In this document: piece after piece, positions 36,601 through 46,303 of the stretch
Position numbering within the stretch: the stretch's first letter is position 1
How the letters are laid out: each line of letters opens with the position of its first letter
Source of the DNA: Flectonema sp. DT1601
Taxonomy: Eukaryota
Direction: 5' to 3'
Assembly: GCA_964019425.1 (NCBI GenBank)
Contig: OZ025787.1
Span: 1,488,001-1,552,000 of the forward strand
Length of the DNA: 64,000 nucleotides
Notes under the pieces: generated by a model
The model's database searches: none
Told to the model about the DNA's origin: nothing
The model's input: the letters and a program-made list of their open reading frames with translations, nothing else
Made by a program: the position numbers and the translations under genes

Positions 36601-37662
36601 TCGACGTCCCCTGACCTCGCACCTCTTCGTCCTGTTGTAGTCCTCTTGCAGTCTGCTCTCTCACATTGTAAGAAGAGAAAAGTTTTAAAAAATTCTTTCC
36701 GAAGTATTTTGGAATCCCTCCTCGCTGGCGGTGATCTAAATAATACATTCGATAAATCACCTGGACTCTCAGAGCTGCTACCGGTCTGCGAGAAGATTGC
36801 CCTGCTGACAGCAGGTAGTTCTCATTCTCAAAGTGAGCCGTCTGTTGGTCGAATAAAAGAACTTCTCACGTCAATACAGTCGAAAGATAAGTTCTTCAAA
36901 GAGAATCCGAAATACTCATCTCTGCAGCCCATCGTTAACAACTTCTGTAGTCGAGAGACTTCAGTCGAAGACATCAAACAGCTGCTGCTCTCAATACAAA
37001 ACGACGACCAGTTCTTTTGTAAACATCCAAACTTCGCATCTCTTCAGAAAGTCATCAGCGAGTTTCATAGGAAAGGAGAGCTATCGGTCAGTGAGGTGAA
37101 ACAGTTGTTGTTATCAATCCAACGAGATGGTTCATTCTTTGATCAAAATCCGAAGTTTTCTCCCCTTCGATCAATTCTACTTCAGGGATTCGACTTCCCT
37201 CGAAGTAACTCAGAAGGAAGTTTAGGAGGCGATTCCCAAAAGAGTTCAACTCAAAGTGAGAAGTCACTTCTCATTGAGATAAGAGAACTACTCAACTCAC
37301 TCGTAATGTGGGAAGAAGGAGATGGTGAGACTGTTTCAATTTCTAACAAGACACTCTTACCATTACAGGGAGCTTTCCATCGAGCCTTGAATCATATTTT
37401 AAATTTAAAAAGACTCGCTACGACTTCTCGTTCTCAGCAATCTCTTTTAGTTGCTGGAATCATATCAATGCTGGCAAGTGGAGAGTACCAAGCAGCTCAA
37501 TCACTAATAATACAGCACGCGATACCAGTACCAACATCACTTGCTCGAATGATGTCGCGGAGATTCTCATCAGCGGCAGTTCTCACACTTGAAAAGGGAA
37601 AACAGATGCTACTGTTGCAAAAATGTTGGTACTCACTGAGGATATTCACTCACAACAGATAA
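33700..37662 (+). CDS. Large PH-like / SPRY-like / coiled-coil protein with C-terminal helical repeats
   Basis: N-terminal VYFFSEVER...RCCVVTDKAMLLC...LVRVPSEYDVVL is PH-like; FEVRIE...GFQRGDLLTIRID is SPRY-like; long heptad region follows. Confidence 0.75.
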   Translation: MVQRVSLTPAYARWFRGISENVYFFSEVERESHLGEIRERCCVVTDKAMLLCTPKGIINREISLDKITEIVIGGDGKKVLVRVPSEYDVVLVFPSALVVLDSLSSALNDLAVIPSRILGIDKEIGGLATPIQKRTTPASPLRSSLRNRGLVSPPELAKSVDFHSDSSSEDGDANSESVLRNTNVVSHHNRSLSSSSTSTQGEDFKKSTSLYTFRHSVSQYDDVSDGDTSTGSGPHVSFAHNSNSFGDVFETVDPFQSTSTQTESLSVTCPGCCGIKEYGCIEGCPSMWYPFQKPSISGIAPIIGFEPSGGLKLSNYNTSAAYPKGGRSSVFAVVSTSLFSDYIMFEVRIEVSSSGSSRCSIGVQISAEERIELRSDGSLIVDGNRVAKAHLSRGFQRGDLLTIRIDKSVTKTVRFSQFRPHEAIQSPPFEYNISTIYLASPMRPFAKLCSHGDAVHINRFISLRAAPSVTALSAGLALLVNVIMCVSSGEDRSKSALKSKNAQLVKENEHLKSVLGEVLVKSKQAERENSELRAENNLIQREHNDLIAQLADLHPDVPKTGVQSVELHSTVQSLKKTIRDLNESNLTLREKNILLDNELTGLSSRVFSAVGIEFRTDVSTAVDNIVSQNSELQTELRNIKNYLNNSVGTINVLNAIQQLADENFEFKKTLSDLSELTHQTTSHPLDIRKAVEDLVVDNNSLKNTISKLAQEFHISQTASTDFQEIPNLISDQCNLLRMVQSDHTELLSNLTNKLGVDGVEPSTEMLLKQISQLLQQNEESAEQLQLQQQISSLRNEVARYKENEISLKQEIDTQQVSKSEFHSQTSLLNQTTSELYASNSKLLDEMLELQGEKAALEVKEKRQRKFISELEKSRESDAKEREKFETKIAELEKNEDQVNEDLMLLGLTLEFRDKANPISPPPPKEKTVASTVDCGSTFLNAVRSLLESLVQSSSVRSPTSPSADFILSTSPDLAPLRPVVVLLQSALSHCKKRKVLKNSFRSILESLLAGGDLNNTFDKSPGLSELLPVCEKIALLTAGSSHSQSEPSVGRIKELLTSIQSKDKFFKENPKYSSLQPIVNNFCSRETSVEDIKQLLLSIQNDDQFFCKHPNFASLQKVISEFHRKGELSVSEVKQLLLSIQRDGSFFDQNPKFSPLRSILLQGFDFPRSNSEGSLGGDSQKSSTQSEKSLLIEIRELLNSLVMWEEGDGETVSISNKTLLPLQGAFHRALNHILNLKRLATTSRSQQSLLVAGIISMLASGEYQAAQSLIIQHAIPVPTSLARMMSRRFSSAAVLTLEKGKQMLLLQKCWYSLRIFTHNR

Positions 37663-37965
37663 AGTAAGTTTTTACAATCCTACATGGAACACTCACCTTT
37701 AGGATAACAATTTTAGTAAATATTTTCATTTTTTTTTTTTTTTTTTATCGGACCTAAAAAGGTTGTTACTTATAAAAGTAAGAGACTTGAGACCGAACAC
37801 CATCCCTCTTGTAGTTCACACGTTAGATGATTTTTGTTCTTAGATTCCAATATTCTGTTCTGTGGTATAACTCTTGGCAGTGATAGTTGCCTTCGAATTG
37901 TTTTGTATTTCGTGTTTGATATTTTTTATCTTCTATTCCAACAGTTATAATAAATATTATTTATT

Positions 37966-38205
37966 ATGGTACTCTCTCGAGACACAGTCGCAATCTCTGA
38001 AACAAACGTTCGCGAGGAGCATGAGATCTACGAAGAGATCCTTCTGACTGATATGGAATGGGATGATGACGAGCAATTATATTTATACGACTGTCCTTGT
38101 GGTGATGTCTTCACTCTTAGTAAGGATGAATTATCTGCCGGGCAATTGGTGTTGGTCTGTCCGACGTGTTCACTTGCAGTGAGAGTTCTTCTTGAAAAGA
38201 ACTAA
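37966..38205 (+). CDS. DPH3: Diphthamide biosynthesis protein 3 (CSL zinc finger, Dph3/Kti11)
   Basis: IYEEILLTDMEWD...YLYDCPCGDVF...CPTCSLAVRV, 79 aa. Confidence 0.93.
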   Translation: MVLSRDTVAISETNVREEHEIYEEILLTDMEWDDDEQLYLYDCPCGDVFTLSKDELSAGQLVLVCPTCSLAVRVLLEKN

Positions 38206-38389
38206 TCAAGTCTACTGAAGGATTCATTATTTCCTGTTGCTGGCCGTGTGTTGAATTCACTTTGACCCCGCGCCCTTCAATTCATTAGTTTGTTTGTTAT
38301 GTTACTCATCACTATTCGTTAGTTTTATTTTATTATTTAGTATACTCTTCCCACATAAATATATTCATCACCAGGGACCCAACACCACA

Positions 38390-41300
38390 ATGGTGGTTAA
38401 GAAAAGAAAGGGCCCGTCGCTGTCACTGCGAAGTATGTTAATTCTCGTGACCTTCTGTGCGGTAATACTTCGAATGGTGTTCGGGACAATGCAACTCGCT
38501 GAGATAAAAGATCGAGATCGGGAAGTACTACAAACATCACTACCAAGACAACATGTAGAAGTAACGAAGAATGATGTCAGTACCAGAACCCCTCCTCCTC
38601 CCAATCCTACTCCATCCACTAAGGAAGGGTACATAACGATAGGACTGCAATTCACTAGTGAGATGGGGACTGCCTGGAGAAGTTTCACTGGAGAGAAGGG
38701 AGCTATCTTTCGCGGAGAGAGAGGAACCGTTACCACAACTTCTCATACGACCGGCGACAAAAGCGAATCCTCGGAAGTTCAAATCCCGGGACACATCACT
38801 TTCTGGGGCAAATCATCAGCAAAGCTCCGCCTAACAAAAAGAAGAAGTATGGTGATCACTCTCGACAAGCCAGTCACACTAGGAGAGGTTGAGATGTCAA
38901 AGTTCTTATTAATGTCATTATGGGAAGATGACTACAGACTAGGATATGCTTCTACTGCGAAGTTCTTAGAAGAATCAGGGATATGGTCTCCTTACAGTAG
39001 ACTAGTTGAAGTTTATTGTACAGGAGATGACACAACTTGTGGTAACAGAAAGTCTTTTGGAGTTTACCTACTAATTGAATTCCCAAAAGACGCGATTACT
39101 CGAACACTTCATTCATCACTTGCTAGTGGATCTTGTATGTCTCAAGTATCTGTTGCTGCTGAAGAAGATGTTGAAGTCGGTGTCAGAGTTTGGAAATATC
39201 ATCCAAAGCCAGCATACTACGACATCATACAATTTCCTTCTTTTAAAAGTGGCGGAGAGCTCTCTTCGAAGTATCGATCGCTAGAACAGAAAAAGCGACC
39301 TCCTTCAGAAGTAGTTCACCTCCCACAATATCTTTTCTGGCTTTCAATGAACTCTTTGCTAGAGAATGGGGATTATGATGATGAGGTTTTCTTTATTTCG
39401 ATGGCAAGTCAGAAACAGTCACCACTACTAATCCACGCCTGGGACTTTGATAATGTGTTCCAACCCTGTCACAAGGAAGGGAAGTTTGCTCTTTCTCACG
39501 AGTTGTTCTTTTGTGCAGAGTCAGACCTGGATAAGAAGATAATAAAAGAACCCTCTCTGTTATCTCAGTACAAAGAATCTCTCAAATGTGTACTTCAACA
39601 ATACACATCAAGTAGATGGAGTAAGGCAGTAGACTCGACTCTATTGGACTTAACAACGTTGATGTCTCTTTCTAAAGAAATGCCAACAATATCGTATGAG
39701 GGAAAACCGATTCCAAATTTCAAGTCTGGTGCTGCAAAGCTGAGAGAGAGTTTTAGTTCTCGTCATCAATTATTATTAAATCGTCTTCATCTCCGACGAG
39801 ATGATTCCTCAGAAGACAAGAAGCAATCAGCCTCCGATTGTAAGAAGAGTGTCTCAGTTGATAAACCGAAGGTGATGTCTAATCGTTCTTTATATTCCTT
39901 CACTAGACGACAGACAATCGAACATTCAGGAACTGAGTCTGGTCTCTTTTGTGATGAGAAATGTGAATCAATAATTGTTATTAGAGACAAAGAGAGAGGA
40001 GCAGCAGAATGGGCAGTTGCTCCTTTCGAAAGACGACTGACTCCATTTTATGGAGCGGAGAGATTCGAATTGGGGAGCGGACACGAATTGCAATTCCTGC
40101 ACCCGTACCTGATCGACAGCACCAGTCGTTCGTATCCTTTAATAATAACTTCAATTAGTGATGGAGTTTGGGACAAGCGAGACACTACTTACAAACATAA
40201 TAATCTCCCTTATGGAAAAGGTTTTGTCACTGAAAGTGATGCTGGAAGAGTTCCTGAAGCTAAGCTACGAAAGTTTCCCACTAGTCGGGGAACTATTCAG
40301 TCAGGACTTTATCATTTAACAGAATCAATAACTGTTGAGAAATCAGAAGTACTTACTATACCAAGTGGTACGACTATCTTTATAGATCCGAGTGTGGTGA
40401 TTACAATATTTGGGAAGTTAGTTTTGTCAGGTGACGTCGGAAGATCTGTTTTCATTTCAGGATTTGATGAAAGTAGTCCTTGGGGAGGTATCTTAATACA
40501 ATCTGGTGGATCTTTAACTACTAAGTACTCTGTCATATCAGGTACTGGAGGCACTCCTTACAAACGAGACAAGTCAACTGGAACTCACTTTAAAGAAATA
40601 CCGGCAATCACTCTTCTTCAAGACTCTAAACTTCTCTTATCACACAGTGCGATAGTTTCTTGTAAAGGACCAGGTTTTGGAGCAGCAGTTGGATCGGATG
40701 TTGTTATTGAGAATTGTTTGTTACAAAATCTTTATCAGGGAGGGGAATGTAAAAGATGTTTATTTAAAATGGTCAACTCTGCAGTCCTCAATATTCAAAC
40801 TAAAGAAGGTGCTGCCTACCAAGATAATGACAACGACGGTTTGTATCTTTCAGGAGGTGACCACAGTGTCTTAAATTCAGTCATCGCATTCACTGCTGAT
40901 GATTGCATTGATACAGGGACACCATCCTCTGTAAAGAAGAAGGGAGGTCAGCTTACAATTCAAAATACAATTCTTGACAGCTGTCAACATGAAGGCCTCG
41001 CAATCTCTGGAGTCGATCGAAAGATTGACGTCTCAAATTCAGTCTTCAGACGTTGCCAGCAATGTGTTGAGATGGGATACTCTGATAGGAAGACTTCTGC
41101 GAAGATATCAAAATCGTTATTTCAGTTTTGCGATGTAGCAATTCGTTACGGAGATAATTATGTGAAGATGTCTTCTGGTTCTCTTTCGGTATCGTCGTCT
41201 GTTGTTCAGAACTCTCAAACTTTAAATGTTCTCAACGTCGTTCGGAAGACAGTCTCACCATCTGATCAGCTATCGATTAGCACCACGTTAATAGAGAAGT

Positions 41301-41449
41301 TAGAACAGTCATCTTCGTGTTCTGTTTCTGATTTCATGGGAAAGAGTCAATCTGTAACTAAAATATTATTATCCCTTCCGGGAACTTCTGGTCTTCCGAC
41401 ACTTGAAAAGGTCGAACCGAAACAAAGTTTCAAAGCTGGACCTGAATAG
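38390..41449 (+). CDS. Type II membrane protein: CotH-like kinase domain plus right-handed beta-helix
   Basis: TM after MVVKKRK. CotH-like motifs WGKSS, RLVEVY...FGVYLLIE, LLENGDY, AWDFDNVF. Beta-helix LTIPSGTTI...WGGILI...DNDGL...DDCIDTG. Start set at the ATG after CACCAG. Confidence 0.75.
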   Translation: MVVKKRKGPSLSLRSMLILVTFCAVILRMVFGTMQLAEIKDRDREVLQTSLPRQHVEVTKNDVSTRTPPPPNPTPSTKEGYITIGLQFTSEMGTAWRSFTGEKGAIFRGERGTVTTTSHTTGDKSESSEVQIPGHITFWGKSSAKLRLTKRRSMVITLDKPVTLGEVEMSKFLLMSLWEDDYRLGYASTAKFLEESGIWSPYSRLVEVYCTGDDTTCGNRKSFGVYLLIEFPKDAITRTLHSSLASGSCMSQVSVAAEEDVEVGVRVWKYHPKPAYYDIIQFPSFKSGGELSSKYRSLEQKKRPPSEVVHLPQYLFWLSMNSLLENGDYDDEVFFISMASQKQSPLLIHAWDFDNVFQPCHKEGKFALSHELFFCAESDLDKKIIKEPSLLSQYKESLKCVLQQYTSSRWSKAVDSTLLDLTTLMSLSKEMPTISYEGKPIPNFKSGAAKLRESFSSRHQLLLNRLHLRRDDSSEDKKQSASDCKKSVSVDKPKVMSNRSLYSFTRRQTIEHSGTESGLFCDEKCESIIVIRDKERGAAEWAVAPFERRLTPFYGAERFELGSGHELQFLHPYLIDSTSRSYPLIITSISDGVWDKRDTTYKHNNLPYGKGFVTESDAGRVPEAKLRKFPTSRGTIQSGLYHLTESITVEKSEVLTIPSGTTIFIDPSVVITIFGKLVLSGDVGRSVFISGFDESSPWGGILIQSGGSLTTKYSVISGTGGTPYKRDKSTGTHFKEIPAITLLQDSKLLLSHSAIVSCKGPGFGAAVGSDVVIENCLLQNLYQGGECKRCLFKMVNSAVLNIQTKEGAAYQDNDNDGLYLSGGDHSVLNSVIAFTADDCIDTGTPSSVKKKGGQLTIQNTILDSCQHEGLAISGVDRKIDVSNSVFRRCQQCVEMGYSDRKTSAKISKSLFQFCDVAIRYGDNYVKMSSGSLSVSSSVVQNSQTLNVLNVVRKTVSPSDQLSISTTLIEKLEQSSSCSVSDFMGKSQSVTKILLSLPGTSGLPTLEKVEPKQSFKAGPE

Positions 41450-41637
41450 ATGTCAACGAAGAGATTGAAGGAGACCACCAGAGTTGTGACTTATTTAATT
41501 ATTTGAGTTCGTTCGTTCGAATATTTATCGAAATAGTTTTTATCGAACAGGTTGAAGATGGAAAATTACTTTTTGTGTAGAGTTATACTTTGAACAAGTA
41601 AAAATCTTAATATATTACCAGCATCACAACACAACAA

Positions 41638-42759
41638 ATGAGTACCTTCGGCAGAGCCTTCCGCGTGACAACCTTCGGAGAGAGTCACTGTTTTGGAGTT
41701 GGAGTAATTGTTGATGGATTACCTGGTAAGGTTCCTGTTACTGAAGAAGACTTGCAGCCTCAGCTAACAAGAAGGAGACCTGGTCAGAGTGATCTTTCAA
41801 CGAAGAGAGATGAAGCTGATCAGGTTCAGATCCTTTCAGGAACTGAGTTTGGAAGGAGTTTGGGAACACCAATCTCAGCACTCGTAAAGAACAAAGACAT
41901 GAGACCTCAAGATTACAAGTTCCAATCTGAAGCTTCTTCAGAGTTTGTTCCTCGTCCTTCACACGCTGACTACACTTACCGTGTGAAGTATGGCACCCAC
42001 TCGTCTTCTGGAGGAGGTCGTTCCAGTGCTCGAGAGACTATCGGAAGAGTTATTGCTGGAGGTATTGCCGAGGCTTACTTTAAGCAAAAATATCCTTCAA
42101 TTTCAATTGTTGCCTGGGTATCTCGAGTTGGTCCTCTACGTTACGATCTTCCACAAGAGAAGATGATGACGATCACCAGAAAGGAAGTTGACGGTGACAT
42201 GACGAGATGCCCCGACTCAGAAACATCAGCAAAGATTACTGAGATTGTGAAGAAAGCTCGTGATTGTGGTGACAGCATTGGAGGATGTGTGACTTGTGTA
42301 ATTAGAGGTCTACCTGATGGTTTAGGTGAACCTGTATTCGATAAAATGGAAGCTATGCTTGCACACGCAATGTTGTCCATCCCGGCAACAAAAGGATTTG
42401 AAGTCGGAACTGGATTCGATGGCGCACAGTCTTATGGATCCTCTCACAACGATGCCTTCTGTGCCAAGAAGGCAACCTCCACTCACTGCACAGGAGATCT
42501 CGACACCACGACTAACAACAGTGGAGGTATCCAAGGAGGAATTACAAACGGTCAGCCAATTTACTTCACAACCGCCTTCAAGCCTCCAGCAACCATCGCA
42601 AAGGCCCAGGACACTTGCGACATGAGCGGTAAAGATGTTACTTTAGAATCCAAGGGAAGACATGATCCATGTGTTGTTAATAGAGCAGTACCAATTGTTG
42701 AAGCAATGGCAGCCATCACTGTAATGGACGCAATCCTTTTACAGAAGACTCGCTCTTAG
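41638..42759 (+). CDS. aroC: Chorismate synthase
   Basis: MSTFGRAFRVTTFGESH, RRRPGQS, PRPSHAD, GGGRSSARET, GGIQGGITNG, GRHDPCV. Confidence 0.98.
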   Translation: MSTFGRAFRVTTFGESHCFGVGVIVDGLPGKVPVTEEDLQPQLTRRRPGQSDLSTKRDEADQVQILSGTEFGRSLGTPISALVKNKDMRPQDYKFQSEASSEFVPRPSHADYTYRVKYGTHSSSGGGRSSARETIGRVIAGGIAEAYFKQKYPSISIVAWVSRVGPLRYDLPQEKMMTITRKEVDGDMTRCPDSETSAKITEIVKKARDCGDSIGGCVTCVIRGLPDGLGEPVFDKMEAMLAHAMLSIPATKGFEVGTGFDGAQSYGSSHNDAFCAKKATSTHCTGDLDTTTNNSGGIQGGITNGQPIYFTTAFKPPATIAKAQDTCDMSGKDVTLESKGRHDPCVVNRAVPIVEAMAAITVMDAILLQKTRS

Positions 42760-43784
42760 AAGTACTAAACAGTTTGGTTATCGTGAGACCTTTCTAAGTA
42801 TCTCGTAGTTTGATAAATTAAATTATAAGTCTGCAAGTACTCTGTCGTTTGTGCAGCTGTTCCCTCAAGTAATTCTGAGGATGGTCACTCTCGCTGGGCT
42901 TCAGCCTCGTGTTGTGTAGAATGCAGGACAGGTCAGGTCGATTTATCTCTCTGTCTAAAAACTCAATTGGAACAAAAGTTTGCCGATAACATCCAACACA
43001 ACTGGCGGTTCGCGGCAGCCAACAAGGTGCCAGCAGAACCGCTTTTTTTGTATATCTTGTTCGAAACATTTATTCATTCATTTCTTGCATTGATTACTTG
43101 CCGTGGGGGAAAGTTGTTTCTCCAGAGATGTGTCGATTTGGAATTCTGTTTTCGCAGTCGTTTTGTTGGTTCAGAGTGAGTTATATTTGTGTCTCATCCT
43201 CCAATTAGAATATTTTATTATCTCCGTGAAATTATTGCAAAGAGAACCGTGTGAGTGTCAGCCTTCAAACAGACATGTCAAGGCAGACTGTCCAGTTGTT
43301 GTTGAAAGTCTTCAGAAAGGGGATCTGATAGTGTTTAATTGTTTTATTTTATTTCGGGATCGCCCTTTATTTTCCCCCTCTTTTTCCTGTTCCTTAGAAT
43401 CGTATACAGAAATTGGACCTCACTCACTTCACGAGTTTCTTCCTTCTGAAGAGTGAACTGGAGGAGAGACCAATTTCTCTGCTAAAAGTAAATAAAAGTA
43501 ACAAATGGGAAGTAACAGATGCTCCCGTGTGTACTTATTTCCTGTGCATTGCTTTCTCCTGCAAAAAATGAAAAAAAAAAAAAAACTATTTTTACGACTT
43601 TCCTGTCGACGACTGCGAAAAAACAAAACGCGTTTTTGTGTGTGTACCGAGAGGCAAGCGGTTCTCTCAAAAAAATCATACTTTGTTTTTTATCCCTCAC
43701 AAGATTGTGTTAGGAAGCTGCAATTGGAGTTTACAAAGAGATGATCTATTTACTTCACAGAGAGGAGAACAACAAACATAAATA

Positions 43785-44519
43785 ATGAAGACATTTGATC
43801 ACTTGATGTTACTTCTGATGGTCGCTGTTCTAATCCTCCAAGTGGGTGGTATGGATCCCGAAGACGAAGACGATGATAACGACGAATACAACGACATGCG
43901 TAGTGAAGGACAAGTTGTCGACACTACCGTAAAGATAGCTCTTATCGAAGCAGAGATGCAGGAATTGGGGGGGAAGAAAGCGATGGTCGAAAAAAGAATT
44001 CAATCACTCGAATCTGAAAAGTCGAAAAATCCAGAAATTCAACAGGCGTTACAACATGCGAAACTTGAATACGATGGATACGCGTCAGAAATATCAACTC
44101 TTCATGCTTCTATAAAACCACTTTATGGAGTTTTATCTGTACAACACTTGCAAGAACATCGCCTCGCTATTTATGAATCATTCGGACATACGATTGACGT
44201 TGGTAAGAATCACGTATTCTATGATATGATCTTCAGTCGAGAAGAGGTGTCACTGCAGTCTATGTTGCAGTCTTTCATAGCAGGTGTTGTGTTTGGTTAC
44301 GTAATTGGTCTTATTGGATTTGTGTTCACTGCTCCTTTCACAATTTATCAATACTGCGATAGTTTTGGTGACTTACCAGCTGCTTTTATTATGTGGTTGA
44401 TTGGCCTTGCCCTCTTCCTACTCCCTGCTGTAGCGATCGTCTTCGGACTGAAAGTAGCAGCAAAAGTACAAATGCAGCGCATGCGAGAAGAACAACTGCG
44501 ACTTGGTCAACGGAGATAG
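43785..44519 (+). CDS. Hypothetical membrane protein (signal peptide, coiled coil, two C-terminal TM segments)
   Basis: Hydrophobic N-terminus, heptad stretch, and hydrophobic segments FIAGVVFGYVIGLIGFVF and AAFIMWLIGLALFLLPAVAIVFG. Confidence 0.8.
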   Translation: MKTFDHLMLLLMVAVLILQVGGMDPEDEDDDNDEYNDMRSEGQVVDTTVKIALIEAEMQELGGKKAMVEKRIQSLESEKSKNPEIQQALQHAKLEYDGYASEISTLHASIKPLYGVLSVQHLQEHRLAIYESFGHTIDVGKNHVFYDMIFSREEVSLQSMLQSFIAGVVFGYVIGLIGFVFTAPFTIYQYCDSFGDLPAAFIMWLIGLALFLLPAVAIVFGLKVAAKVQMQRMREEQLRLGQRR

Positions 44520-45110
44520 ACGTCAGACGATAATCTCTTTGGTCTATTCTGTTGTTTTGATCTTGTTCTTAGGACCCCCAAGGGAGGTGAATTTATTTCA
44601 TTGAGATGTTACCTTCTTCACCATCACTATTGTCCTGAATTAGAGTTCCCACGTGAGAAGTTTAATGTGACTGATGTTCATTTTTAAAAGGGACAACAAA
44701 CTGAACACAAATAACTTGAAAAGCAAAACGTCTTTCTAATACACGTCATCAGTTAGTGTCCTAAAAAGTGAATTGTTTTTACCTACCAGTTGTTCTCTTT
44801 GAACAAAAGAAGAAAGCAAAGAAGAAGAAAAAAAAAAGAAAAGAAAACATATGAAATAATGCAAAAAAAGAATAAAAAGAAGCGCCGTATACCTTTAATA
44901 GAAAAAGAGAAAGAGCAAAGGAAAAAAAAAAAAAAAAGGAATAACCAACAGTGTGAGTAACTGGATATTAAAAAAGAAGGACCACTTTACGGGTTTTCTT
45001 TTCTGGTACTGTTACTACTATTGTTGTGTTGTTGGTAAGATGTTATGTTTTTTTTTTAGATTCGATTGTTTCTTTTAAAACTTATTTCCAACTCAAGAAG
45101 AACGTCGCAA

Positions 45111-45668
45111 ATGGAAACTCCCCGCGACGGCGATGATGAAGTTCGAAAGTGGACTGGAGGTCTGTCTGATGTTGAGAAAGAAGAAATGATTAAAATATTA
45201 CTACGAGTCACAGAAGGTAGGGAAATGTTATCAGGGACTAGAGAATTTCAGGAATTCTTAGAAATCGTAAAGTACGATGGAACAATAACTGAGAGCAGTA
45301 TTAATACCAACTACGACTCTCTTCAAGTTGATGGCGGAATCCCCATCACTGAGTGCGTTAATTTTATTGACCGCCACAGGCGTTCCCAATTCACCTGCAG
45401 CCACCTCAACCACGCAGACATTATTCACACTTTTGTAGCTTTCGGTGGTAACCCTGACACCACTGGTTGTGTTGATCTCTCGTTAATAAATTCTATTTTA
45501 GAAGATTTCGAACTAGACTTTGATCTCTTGGGTCACCTGAAGCCTCCAAACCCTGACGGGGAAGGAGAACAGACTACGATGGTTGACTTCAATACCTTCG
45601 GTGCGGTATTTGGAAGACTACTTACACAGAGGCACTTCTCAGCTCCAGTTTTCCATGACGTGTACTGA
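45111..45668 (+). CDS. EF-hand/calmodulin-like protein resembling axonemal dynein light chain LC4
   Basis: DIIHTFVAFGGNPDTTGCVD...ILEDFEL resembles the LC4-type EF-hand pair. Start set at ATG 45111. Confidence 0.6.
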   Translation: METPRDGDDEVRKWTGGLSDVEKEEMIKILLRVTEGREMLSGTREFQEFLEIVKYDGTITESSINTNYDSLQVDGGIPITECVNFIDRHRRSQFTCSHLNHADIIHTFVAFGGNPDTTGCVDLSLINSILEDFELDFDLLGHLKPPNPDGEGEQTTMVDFNTFGAVFGRLLTQRHFSAPVFHDVY

Positions 45669-46303
45669 GAGTGATGTGGATATGTTAGTTGTTGTTGTTG
45701 AATTAGTGACTACGACAAGACAGTCAGTTCTTCTTTGTGTGACTGCAGGTACTCTGAGAGTCGGATTGTTTCTTTATTTTAGTTCACTTTATTCTCGGGG
45801 GAGGTTTCTGTCTGCTTTCCCTTTTCATTTCATTTACTCATAAGTAAGCAATGAGTCAACCTCCGTCACTCGTAGCACTTTGTGAGAGTTGCTTAATTCT
45901 CTCGGCCATCTTCTCAGGTGAGCTGTCAGGATTGAAGTACGAAATCTTTTCCACCCAACTCATTGTATCTGTGGTTACACCTCGAGTACTGTGAATGGAA
46001 TATTCTGAATGAACTTTTCCACACAAAGGGAACAGTTCCCTCCACACGCTATGTTTGTTTGTGTTTTCGAATTTCGGCTAAAAGTATTTTCTCTGCTGAG
46101 CGAATATCTGAAATAGTAAACAACACTTGTTACTGTCATCCTGATAAGTAGTCCTCTGTAATTATGAGAAAGTTACCCAACGTGGATGGTGATTTTAGAT
46201 ACTGCTGCGGAAAAAGATTTGGCTCCGAGTGAAGTATTTTGAGTAACGGATTTTTGTTTATTTCCTTTTGAATATTTATTTCCAAAAGTAGGATTCCAAC
46301 ACA

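Noticed and set aside
43595..43609. 15-mer CGACTTTCCTGTCGA repeated at 63220-63234
   Set aside because: A single 15-nt match is about chance expectation in 64 kb, and the flanks do not align.
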